A stretch of DNA of 16,367 nucleotides from Candidatus Heimdallarchaeota archaeon (GCA_048881705.1 JBHLSH010000082.1:1-16367); one strand, 5' to 3'. Numbered from the stretch's first letter, positions 8,201-15,337 are shown. The notes: generated by a model from the letters alone, not told the origin. A program made the numbers and translations.

Positions 8201-8480
8201 GATGTTCAAGATGATGTTACCGGGGATGTTACCAAAGATGCTACCTCAAATCAAGGAGTATATGTCCATAACCATTCCGGGTATGGCCAAATATCCCCAG
8301 ATGCAAGATCGAATGGATTATATCCTCCCCTACACGATGGAGAAATTATTGCCAACCATGCTTCCTAAGATGATGTCCAACCTGAAGCCAATGGCTGTTA
8401 AAGGTATGCAAGCTCACATGAAAGGCAAACTCGAACCTTTAGGAAGTTTTCGCTCTACTGCAGTTCCAATAAGGGCGTAA
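5286..8480 (+). CDS. Multidomain oxidoreductase: GlcD/D-lactate-dehydrogenase-like FAD-binding and cap domains + 2x[4Fe-4S] + two CCG (GlcF/HdrD-like) domains + Met/Pro-rich tail
   Basis: FAD-binding PCMH-type motifs PRGKGTGGYAG, PTSAPGSSVGG and GLEGTTGLISKITL. Ferredoxin motifs CAQCGYCQQVC and CTTCNRCEQPGVC. CCG domains SGC..NCCG..SCPGC and HDSCH..LCCG..TCPCC. ATG 5286 is preferred over TTG 5277. Confidence 0.88.
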   Translation: MKSAVIPKLKETFNSKISFDKVERMVNSHDVAVLPSPILKFLKTTPDAVIRIESLEDILHAVEIARTYNIPLVPRGKGTGGYAGAVPINKGLVLNFGWFRRILRVDSESKLVTVEPGIVWKNLEYELEKHNLALKMYPTSAPGSSVGGFFAMGGSGVGSYENGSFLNVVESIEVVHLDGSIKIVSGEDLKYYYGLEGTTGLISKITLQVENKHDIIPLAFGVPTAKGLQEVLKTLPGGDFPIWHVSFLTPNYLHLKNLAMKEQAERAVEHSHGDPNYQDPVLLPEESYLILIAVKDHDLESIESNLDNLIRKHGGIRYSQEIATHEWDERYYPMRIKRLGPTLVPSEGISQTSKLAEVLSRSEKHLKGIAIEGIMSTPDESVLLTFNLGDERSWGYSLSFSKSLRFLRILKKRGGRAYGTGLYFTSEAPNIFGKDLVDNLKRFKIENDPNNLLNPGKVLFPKARTLRLAMFMANFPIIRSFLTPMEIVTRKLRGRRRAKYIPDDLVWEAFTCAQCGYCQQVCTIFEGRRLEKASPRGKFYYLKQLAKGKAEMTDEMAAEFLLCTTCNRCEQPGVCQLDINIQSLWDEMRGVLIENKNCATFPAFHMMAGGIVTGNNIWAHDPAHRDDWIPDEALENIGKQAELGYWSGCTASFVEPNIAHGAVTIMKKGGLDFTLLGKKENCCGVPSLMAGLWDVWEDTMEKNIRTIHSQGIRNLVISCPGCFAAMAHYYPAFTEKMADKKPELKKMWEEIELTHISKITDELIQEGKIKLTNERNKKVTWHDSCHLLRPSDYYENPRNVLQAVPGVEFREMEHNREKSLCCGSVLTRIGSWDASNDIAKIKLTEAIDSGAEEVYATCPCCEFQMRVGADKNNIDLPIRDMTDIVLESMGENPLTDPTPTVLHVWNEVFEPAILLMTPEGLNEMMVHLLPEMMESMPGLFKTMFKLMRVTRLSYVMSPMMGLMGKLPFIMPTMFKMMLPGMLPKMLPQIKEYMSITIPGMAKYPQMQDRMDYILPYTMEKLLPTMLPKMMSNLKPMAVKGMQAHMKGKLEPLGSFRSTAVPIRA

Positions 8481-8577
8481 ATCGCGCAAAAATAACCGAT
8501 TTGGATAAAATAACAGAAATCTGATCAAGGAATATTGATAACTAAGAAGGAATAACAGAGAAAAGAGTCTGGCCTGA

Positions 8578-9135
8578 ATGTTAGATGAGAAAGATCAGGG
8601 TATTGTTGAATATTTCAAACGAAATCCCCGAAATTCCTTCAATAAGGCCGCCAGTGAACTTAAACTCTCAAAAGCTACTGTAAAACGTCGGTTTGAATCG
8701 CTCGTTGAACGAGGTTATATTAGAATCCAGATGACGGCCAATGCTTCCAAACTAGATTTTTGCCACGCCCTATCATTTGTAGAGATTACAAATCCACTCA
8801 CTGAAAAAGCGATTTTAGAGCGATTTACCTCATGTCCACTTGCGGTTCAGATTTTCAGCCTCTCGGGTTTTGAATATAATCTGGTTGTTTGTCTTCTCTC
8901 TAAGAAAAGAGAGGACCTCGCCTATTTTTTGGATGTTTTCCCATTAAGCCGTCTTGATGGAGTTAGGCGGAAAAATTCGTATTTTGCAAAAGAATCCGAG
9001 TCGTTCACGGAGAAGCCATTCTGGATACCGTTATCGTCCAATCCCTCAAAAACTGTCTTTGATGAACCATCATGCCATCTAAAATGTGATGACTGCCGTT
9101 TGATTAGCAGTATTGAGACAGATCTTATGCAATAG
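8578..9135 (+). CDS. Lrp/AsnC-family transcriptional regulator with C-terminal Cys motif
   Basis: N-terminal wHTH (LDEKDQGIVEYFKRNPRNSFNKAASELKLSKATVKRRFESLVERGYI), a RAM-like domain (QIFSLSGFEYNLVV) and a CHLKCDDC tail. Confidence 0.85.
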   Translation: MLDEKDQGIVEYFKRNPRNSFNKAASELKLSKATVKRRFESLVERGYIRIQMTANASKLDFCHALSFVEITNPLTEKAILERFTSCPLAVQIFSLSGFEYNLVVCLLSKKREDLAYFLDVFPLSRLDGVRRKNSYFAKESESFTEKPFWIPLSSNPSKTVFDEPSCHLKCDDCRLISSIETDLMQ

Positions 9136-9160
9136 AACTCTTAGGACCAATAAAACATGA

Positions 9161-10192
9161 TTAAGCTCGTTGTTCTCGGGCAGGAATAAAATCGTCCTTG
9201 AGGAACTGAATCAGCTCTTTTACAGAAAAAAAAGTCTTGTCTGCAAAAAATGACGTGAATGGGCTATAATTTTTTGCAGGAAAGACCGCAAAGACATATT
9301 TGTTATTCCTAAACCCATAAGCTTGTTCATTAACCACTCCCGACGAGTGTACAATCTCAGGATAGTATACAACCACCATTGTGCCCTGATCTATCAACTG
9401 GAAGTCTCTATAGACAGTCTGAAAGAAATCATACACACGAATATCTTCAGGAATGTCTCCATGATTTTTTTCAAGTTCCATTGTGGAGGGGTCAAACACG
9501 ACAAAACCTAAAGTCCGGAGCTCTTGGGCGAGATTTTCAACCTCTTTTTTTTTGTCAGGATCCCGTATATGAGTCATAGGATACGAAAGATACACCTTAT
9601 CACTAACTTCATGTTCATAGATTAAACGGTACAGAGTTTCAGGAGGTTGTTTTCGGGCAATTATGTAAAAGGGCTTTTTGAGGATGTCTGCCATAAGTTT
9701 TGTAGTAAAGGCCTCCTCTTCCTGCCAGATTCCCAATTGAAGCCGATTATTCATTCCTCCCCATAAAGGATTCGCCTCTAAGGTTTCATATATATCGTTG
9801 ATCACGTTGATAATGGTTAGAAAGAGATCTGGATTGAATTTCGTGAGATATCCAAAATCCCAACCAGCAAGTAAATGCTCCCTCCAGCGATAGGTGGCAT
9901 GAGTATCAAGAATTATCGCTACATCCTCATATTTTTCCTCATAATCTTCCACCTCTCTCAAAATGCGCTCGAATACTGAAGATCGAAGTGATTGAAGGGT
10001 GTTTGGTGAGAGATCCAGCATTTTCTCTCGTTTAACATCCATGCGGAGCTCTTTCGCCATCTCGCGCATGGCGCGATTCGTGTTAAAGATAACAAGTTTC
10101 TTATTAGGGAAGTTCTGCTTTATATAATGTTTTAAATCGGCGAGGGAGTCCGATCGTCCAGAGCCGGATATACCACTTACGATTACTCTCAT
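9161..10192 (-). CDS. Fusion of archaeal adenylate-kinase (AdkA)-like domain and nucleoside 2-deoxyribosyltransferase/DNPH1(Rcl)-like N-glycosidase domain
   Basis: Likely start ATG 10192 (MRVIVSGISGSGRS). DTHATY...LTKFNPDLFLTI matches the AdkA pattern DTH...LxxLNPDLIIVV. The C-terminal domain has VYLSYP, FDP, RDFQLID and SSGVVNEQAYG. Confidence 0.75.
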   Translation of the reverse strand: MRVIVSGISGSGRSDSLADLKHYIKQNFPNKKLVIFNTNRAMREMAKELRMDVKREKMLDLSPNTLQSLRSSVFERILREVEDYEEKYEDVAIILDTHATYRWREHLLAGWDFGYLTKFNPDLFLTIINVINDIYETLEANPLWGGMNNRLQLGIWQEEEAFTTKLMADILKKPFYIIARKQPPETLYRLIYEHEVSDKVYLSYPMTHIRDPDKKKEVENLAQELRTLGFVVFDPSTMELEKNHGDIPEDIRVYDFFQTVYRDFQLIDQGTMVVVYYPEIVHSSGVVNEQAYGFRNNKYVFAVFPAKNYSPFTSFFADKTFFSVKELIQFLKDDFIPAREQRA

Positions 10193-10344
10193 AATTCTCA
10201 CATTACCCAAATATGGAGAGCAAAATCCTTTTATTTGCCAGATTTTCAAGGAGTCTATTAATCTTAATCTAATAGATCCAGATTGCTAAAATGCAGCTTT
10301 TCTCTGTGATCAAGAGAGGAAATTGCTTTTTTGAGAGTTTTCCA

Positions 10345-11025
10345 ATGGTACACAGACAAATCAACATTTCCAAAAAAGAAACCTGGCTGGTGGCGTTTGA
10401 CTGCGATGGAACACTCACTACTAGTGCCTCTCGGTCTTCTTGGCAAGTGGTTCACAAATATTTCGGTACGTGGAAATCTATTGGAAAGCCGGCCCTAGAA
10501 CGGTTCATGAAAAACGAGATTTCATATCAAGAATTCTGTATTATTGATGCAGGGGCCTGGGTTAACCGCCATGAGAAAGAGTATCAGGCTGCGCTCAATA
10601 GCGTGGAGTTACGTGAGGGGATTGACAAAGTCATGTCATTTTTCAAACAAAATGGGTGCATATTAGCCATTATCTCGATGGGATTAAGCGATATCGTAGC
10701 GAGTATTGCTACACGTTTTAATGTCGATTTTTGGATCGCCAATGAAATCGTACGCCGAAATCACCGTATCACAGGTGAAGTTATTATCAACGTAGAATAC
10801 CAGAAAAAGGGGCGGATCCTTGGAAATCTTCTGAATCGCTTCAATATTTCGCCCCACAATTCAATTGCTTTTGGAGATTCTGGTTCGGATATCTCTATGC
10901 TTAAAATGGCTGGAACATCGATTGCTATCGAGCCCAGCTCGTCCAAGGTGGCAGAAGCCGCAGATTTTGTATACCAAGATAACGATTTATCCAATCTCCT
11001 TGATTTTTTCACGCAATTTGACTAG
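10345..11025 (+). CDS. HAD-superfamily phosphatase (SerB/phosphoserine-phosphatase-like, C1 cap)
   Basis: Motif I AFDCDGTL, motif II IISMG, motif III Lys (KKGRIL), motif IV GDSGSD. The start could be 10291 or 10345; the latter is preferred. Confidence 0.88.
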   Translation: MVHRQINISKKETWLVAFDCDGTLTTSASRSSWQVVHKYFGTWKSIGKPALERFMKNEISYQEFCIIDAGAWVNRHEKEYQAALNSVELREGIDKVMSFFKQNGCILAIISMGLSDIVASIATRFNVDFWIANEIVRRNHRITGEVIINVEYQKKGRILGNLLNRFNISPHNSIAFGDSGSDISMLKMAGTSIAIEPSSSKVAEAADFVYQDNDLSNLLDFFTQFD

Positions 11026-11033
11026 AAGGTGAG

Positions 11034-12470
11034 ATGAAAATGGATTTATTAATAGTCAATACATGGTTAATGACGCTCAATGGTAGCAGTGGGCTAGGAA
11101 TCATTCAAGATGGAGCAATAGGGGTAGACAATGGATGTATCGTGTACATAGGGCCAACAAAGGATCTATATGATCATAATGCGGATTTAATTATAGATGG
11201 AACCAATAAACTTACTATGCCAGGATTAGTAAACGCCCACACCCACACAGGATTAACGCTTCTAAGGGGAGCAGCTCAGGATCTCCCAGAAATCGAATGG
11301 ATGAACAAAGGATTAGGACCGATATCCAGACACCTAACACCAGACGACCTGATCCTTGGATCAAAACTTGGAGTATTGGAAGGAATGAGAACTGGCACAA
11401 CAACATTTGCTGAATATGCCCAAACTGTTGGATCTATTATCCGAGAGGTATATCTACCGTTTCATGCTCGTGTTGTTGGAATTGAAACGATTCACGAAGT
11501 GATTTCCGATCGTGCAGCGCTTGGCCCGACAGATTTATATGAATTTGACCGAGAATTGGGGGAAAGAGCATTAAAGCGAGCAAATGAGGTTTTTAGAGAA
11601 TTCAGTAATAATTCCTTGGTATCCTCCATGTATGGTCCTCAGGCTTTGGACATGATTTCATTAGGTTTGCTTGAGGAGATCCAAGACCAAGCAATGGAGA
11701 GAAGATGTCGCTTTCACATGCATGTTGCGCAAGGCGAGCGTGAAAAAATTCAGATCAAGGGCCGTTACGGGGAGACAGAGACAACCATCAGTATATTAAA
11801 CAAATACGGATTTCTAAGTGATTCTCTCGTAGCAGCTCACATTCATGCCACAAATGTAGCAGAACGAAAACTAATGGTTGAACGGGGAGTCCATATGGTA
11901 GGTTGCCCATCAGCTATTTCCTCAATCGATGGAATTATCCCGCCAATCGGCCATTACATCCAGCTTGGTGGTAACGCAGCCATAGGATCTGATCAGGCAC
12001 CAGGTACGGGACACGTGAACCTTTTTCGAGAAATTAGGATGAATGCACTCCTAAGCAAGGTTCTTTATCGGGATCCGACGGCATTTCCACCTTGGCAGTC
12101 ACTTGAATTGGCTACCATCAATGGGGCACGAGTACTGGGACTTGAACAGCAGATCGGATCATTAAAGGTTGGAAAAGCGGCGGATATGATAACAATCAAC
12201 CTTAATGAGCTTGAAATGACTCCGCTGGTTTCTTACCCATTTAAGAATTTTATACCCAATCTGGTCTATTCGATGACGGGGCACGAGGTGAATGATGTTA
12301 TCATAGAGGGAAAAATCATTTTAAAGGACAAAAAATTTCAATTGGTTGATTTTCAAGGGATTATAGACCAAGCTAATAAGCGAGCCCGAGAAATTTTTGC
12401 TGAAGCAGCAGACGATTGGATAGGAGCTGGCTCTAAAATGGTAGAATATCTTCAGGACGGAAAACTCTAG
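11034..12470 (+). CDS. Amidohydrolase, MTA/SAH/5'-deoxyadenosine deaminase-like (MtaD/DadD/SsnA group)
   Basis: MPGLVNAHTH (HxH), HMHVAQG, AAH, GSD and GSLKVGKAADMI. SD GAAGGTGAG; 8 bp after the HAD stop. The substrate cannot be determined from sequence. Confidence 0.85.
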   Translation: MKMDLLIVNTWLMTLNGSSGLGIIQDGAIGVDNGCIVYIGPTKDLYDHNADLIIDGTNKLTMPGLVNAHTHTGLTLLRGAAQDLPEIEWMNKGLGPISRHLTPDDLILGSKLGVLEGMRTGTTTFAEYAQTVGSIIREVYLPFHARVVGIETIHEVISDRAALGPTDLYEFDRELGERALKRANEVFREFSNNSLVSSMYGPQALDMISLGLLEEIQDQAMERRCRFHMHVAQGEREKIQIKGRYGETETTISILNKYGFLSDSLVAAHIHATNVAERKLMVERGVHMVGCPSAISSIDGIIPPIGHYIQLGGNAAIGSDQAPGTGHVNLFREIRMNALLSKVLYRDPTAFPPWQSLELATINGARVLGLEQQIGSLKVGKAADMITINLNELEMTPLVSYPFKNFIPNLVYSMTGHEVNDVIIEGKIILKDKKFQLVDFQGIIDQANKRAREIFAEAADDWIGAGSKMVEYLQDGKL

Positions 12471-12507
12471 TAAAGTTTTCCCAATTAAAATCGGATCTTC
12501 ACAAGAC

Positions 12508-12690
12508 TTATTCTTCGGCCCTAAAAGCATAGAATGCCTTTTTATCTGTAAAACATACGGGACAGACCCAATCAGTTGGCAATTCCTCAAAAGGCGTATT
12601 AGGGGTAACTTTAGCCACAGCATCACCGATTTCAGGTTTATAAATGTAGCCGCAGTTTCCACATCGCCACCATCCCTTTGATTTTGACAT
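12508..12690 (-). CDS. Rubredoxin
   Basis: [16 protein letters not shown]...[15 protein letters not shown] matches the canonical rubredoxin pattern. SD-like GAGGGA upstream. Confidence 0.95.
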   Translation of the reverse strand: MSKSKGWWRCGNCGYIYKPEIGDAVAKVTPNTPFEELPTDWVCPVCFTDKKAFYAFRAEE

Positions 12691-12743
12691 TTCGATCCCT
12701 CAAGGCTGGAAAACGTCGCGTACCTGACCAAAAAGCTAATGTG

Positions 12744-13778
12744 TTATGTAACGTCAACAATACCGTCGGCGGTTAATCCAAAAACGGCCTCATTCTCTGG
12801 AAGAAGAGGGCTATCTACAATACGAGCAATACGGCGTTCGCCTTTGGACTTTCGAAGATAAACCCGGGTTTGAGCCGCATGGGCTACGATGTGTCCACCA
12901 ACAGGAGCGGTAGGATCACCGAAAAATTGATCAGGTTTCGCATGCACCTGATTAGTTACAATTACCGCAAGGTTAGCCATCTCGGCAGCACGAAGTATTG
13001 TGTGAATATGTTGATTGAGTTTTTGTTGCCTTTTGGCAAGAGTACCACGACCGACGTACTCTGCTCTAAAATGTGAAATCAAAGAATCTACTATCATTAG
13101 TCTAACTGGCTCTGTAGGAAGTACTTCCTTAACCATTTTTTCTACTAATACCATTTGATGATCAGAATTATGAGCTCGTCCATGTAATATGTTATCTAAT
13201 ACCTGGTCCGTATCAAGGTCAGTTTCCCATCTTGCAGCCATTGAAACGATTCTTTCAGGACGAAAAGTTCCCTCACTATCGATATAGACCACCTTAGGGT
13301 ACTCGTCCCCTTCTCGCAATCCACCGTTTTCTTTCGGAAGCATGGTGGTCACGGCAACCTGGTGTGCAATTTGCGTCTTCCCAGTCCTGAATTCGCCATA
13401 TAGTTCTGTAACTGCCCCTGTTTCGATACCACCCCCGAAGAGCTCATCGAGTTTTTGACTACCAGTGGTAATCTTAGCCAAGCCGCTTCTTCGATTTAAA
13501 ACCGTTTTTGCAGTTTCAAAATCAATGTCCAAGGCTTCTCTCGCCGCCTCAATGATTTTAGTTACGGTTTTTTCCCCCATGCTTGCTACTGACATCAATT
13601 CTCCAATGGAAACGGTTGCTATTGCTTCCAAGGTGGAAAAACCTGCTTCTATCAGTTTAGTTGCAGTCGATGGCCCTATTCCAGGAAGTTCAGTAATTGT
13701 TGTTGCTTTCTTAGGCTGTTTACCCGATTCGGACTTGCCTGCTGAATTGGTTTCTTCAGTTTTCTTTTTGGGAGGCAT
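12744..13778 (-). CDS. radA: DNA repair and recombination protein RadA (Rad51 family)
   Basis: HhH N-domain (LPGIGPSTATKL), FETA polymerisation motif, Walker A GEFRTGKT, YIDSEGTFRPER, Walker B LMIVDS, HFRAEYVGRG and PVGGHIVAH. No intein. Confidence 0.97.
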   Translation of the reverse strand: MPPKKKTEETNSAGKSESGKQPKKATTITELPGIGPSTATKLIEAGFSTLEAIATVSIGELMSVASMGEKTVTKIIEAAREALDIDFETAKTVLNRRSGLAKITTGSQKLDELFGGGIETGAVTELYGEFRTGKTQIAHQVAVTTMLPKENGGLREGDEYPKVVYIDSEGTFRPERIVSMAARWETDLDTDQVLDNILHGRAHNSDHQMVLVEKMVKEVLPTEPVRLMIVDSLISHFRAEYVGRGTLAKRQQKLNQHIHTILRAAEMANLAVIVTNQVHAKPDQFFGDPTAPVGGHIVAHAAQTRVYLRKSKGERRIARIVDSPLLPENEAVFGLTADGIVDVT

Positions 13779-13831
13779 TATCTTCCCATACCTTAAAGGT
13801 GAGTCTTGTATTAGGAATACTACGTACTATT

Positions 13832-13858
13832 CTATAAAACTACTATACTATAAAACTA
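13832..13858. repeat. Direct repeat CTATAAAACTA x2 (16-bp period) in the radA promoter region
   Basis: Exact copies at 13832-13842 and 13848-13858. Related copies ATCAAAACTG (13996-14005) and ATAAAACTA (14006-14014). Confidence 0.8.
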
Positions 13859-14270
13859 TTGTGTCCTCACCCAGTCATATTCATCAAATAACGTCCCAGG
13901 TTTGTACCTCACTCCAGGATCTCCTTTAAAGAATTCCAAAAACCTCACATATTCTATGCATACGGTCATACACCCTATTTGGCTTCATTAATATTATCAA
14001 AACTGATAAAACTATATATGTGACCATTCCCAAGAAGGCCGGTTGCATTAACCGAGATTTAAAGATTCGATTTTCTTTTAAGGTGATTTCCATGTATCAA
14101 CCCTGTTCAAATCCCGAATTTATTATCCTTTTTGTCGGTATTGAATCCATATGTCAATTTTGAATTTTCTTTCTATCCTAATGCCGCCTAGGATTGGAAT
14201 CCCTTATAACAAAGATCGGGCCATTTTAAATGGTAACACATAATTAGTAATGGAACGTAGTAAAACGAAA

Positions 14271-14288
14271 ATCCTTTTTAAAAAGGAT
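14271..14288. promoter_or_regulatory. Perfect 18-bp palindrome ATCCTTTTTAAAAAGGAT upstream of the pilin genes
   Basis: Self-complementary over 18 bp, ending 56 bp before ATG 14345, with a TATA-like TTTTTAAAAA core. Confidence 0.55.
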
Positions 14289-14344
14289 GGAATTGCACCA
14301 GTACGCCCAAATCAAAACGGGCAGTCCCCACAGAAGCATATGAA

Positions 14345-15304
14345 ATGGGATATTTCTTGTCCAAAAAGTTCATCCCTACATTAAAGTCGTCATTTTGCAA
14401 AATTATCTCCAGACGCCGCTCCGTTTCGCCAATTCTAGCAACTGTGATCATTTTTGCGTTAATACTCGTTGGAGTTATGGTGACATATATCCAAATTATA
14501 CCTTTTATTGACCGAGCTCAAACCGAGGAATCAATTACCGCGGTCCGTAACAGTTTCTTGGAACTCGATTCAACAATCAAGTCCTTGATTAGTGAGAGTG
14601 GAGCACCAGGTGGTTTTAGTACAATACTAATGCAGGTTCCCTCCGGTCAGGTCGACTATACTCCTGAATCCTATCATATTGGATTAAGACTTGTTGATCA
14701 AAATGACCAGCTAGTGTATAACATCTTCAATGATATCGATCCCCAAGATGGAATTTTAGACATAGGAATTTTAGATTGGGTCTATAATAGCCCTCAAGCC
14801 GTGTTACCGCGTGGAAGTTTCCAATACCTCACAGGCCCGAATCCCTTTGAAACTCGTGACCAGGTCTTCATAACGGGCCCATTCTCAACCACAACATGGC
14901 CTGATGTCACGAATTTAACGTTAAGCCATCAGAACGATCGCCGTCATCATATTAGTTTGAATTATAGGATTGCTATCCATCTAAGTATTGAAACTTCTCC
15001 CATCCCCGAAATTCGCTTTCAGATTTTCCTTGTACTCATCTCTGGAGACTTTGAAACAATTCGCACAGATTTCAAACAGGTTTCTGTCCATGTACAACAG
15101 AATAGTACCTCTCCTGTTGTGGTGCCAGGAACGAGCGGCTTAGCGCAGTTGGATCTTGTTTGGGAGAAAATTCCAAGCTTGGGTGGTTCAGGTATTGATA
15201 ACACCATCTGGAGTACAAGAAGCCTACAAGGGATTGCCAGCTTGGCGGGATTCGATGTGATAGTACATACAGTTATTTACCAAGTAAGTCTTTCAACTCC
15301 TTAG
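14345..15304 (+). CDS. Type IV pilin-like protein (class III signal peptide), large/minor pilin
   Basis: RRRS|VSPILATVIIFALILVGV gives a basic leader, small -1 residue and hydrophobic helix. It is followed by an amphipathic helix (ITAVRNSFLELDSTIKSL) and a beta-rich domain. Confidence 0.8.
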   Translation: MGYFLSKKFIPTLKSSFCKIISRRRSVSPILATVIIFALILVGVMVTYIQIIPFIDRAQTEESITAVRNSFLELDSTIKSLISESGAPGGFSTILMQVPSGQVDYTPESYHIGLRLVDQNDQLVYNIFNDIDPQDGILDIGILDWVYNSPQAVLPRGSFQYLTGPNPFETRDQVFITGPFSTTTWPDVTNLTLSHQNDRRHHISLNYRIAIHLSIETSPIPEIRFQIFLVLISGDFETIRTDFKQVSVHVQQNSTSPVVVPGTSGLAQLDLVWEKIPSLGGSGIDNTIWSTRSLQGIASLAGFDVIVHTVIYQVSLSTP

Positions 15305-15337
15305 AGTTCATTATGAATATCAAAGTAGTGAGCCCCA

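Noticed and set aside
9226-9553. A8 and T9 homopolymers in the kinase-glycosidase gene as possible phase-variation or frameshift sites
   Set aside because: The reading frame is intact and both domains are complete; the runs simply encode Phe and Lys codons.
12321-12731. 136-aa minus-strand ORF
   Set aside because: It overlaps the clear rubredoxin in another frame and the amidohydrolase 3' end.
12744-13778. Possible intein or RadB/paralog identity for the recombinase
   Set aside because: The 344-aa length, intact N-terminal HhH domain and contiguous motifs indicate an intein-free true RadA.
13465-13929. 154-aa plus-strand ORF
   Set aside because: Mostly antisense to radA, with composition typical of a reverse-frame shadow.
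14250-14384. 44-codon ORF overlapping the pilin start, considered as a frameshifted N-terminal extension
   Set aside because: The pilin already has a complete class III leader from 14345, and the ORF runs through the promoter-like palindrome.
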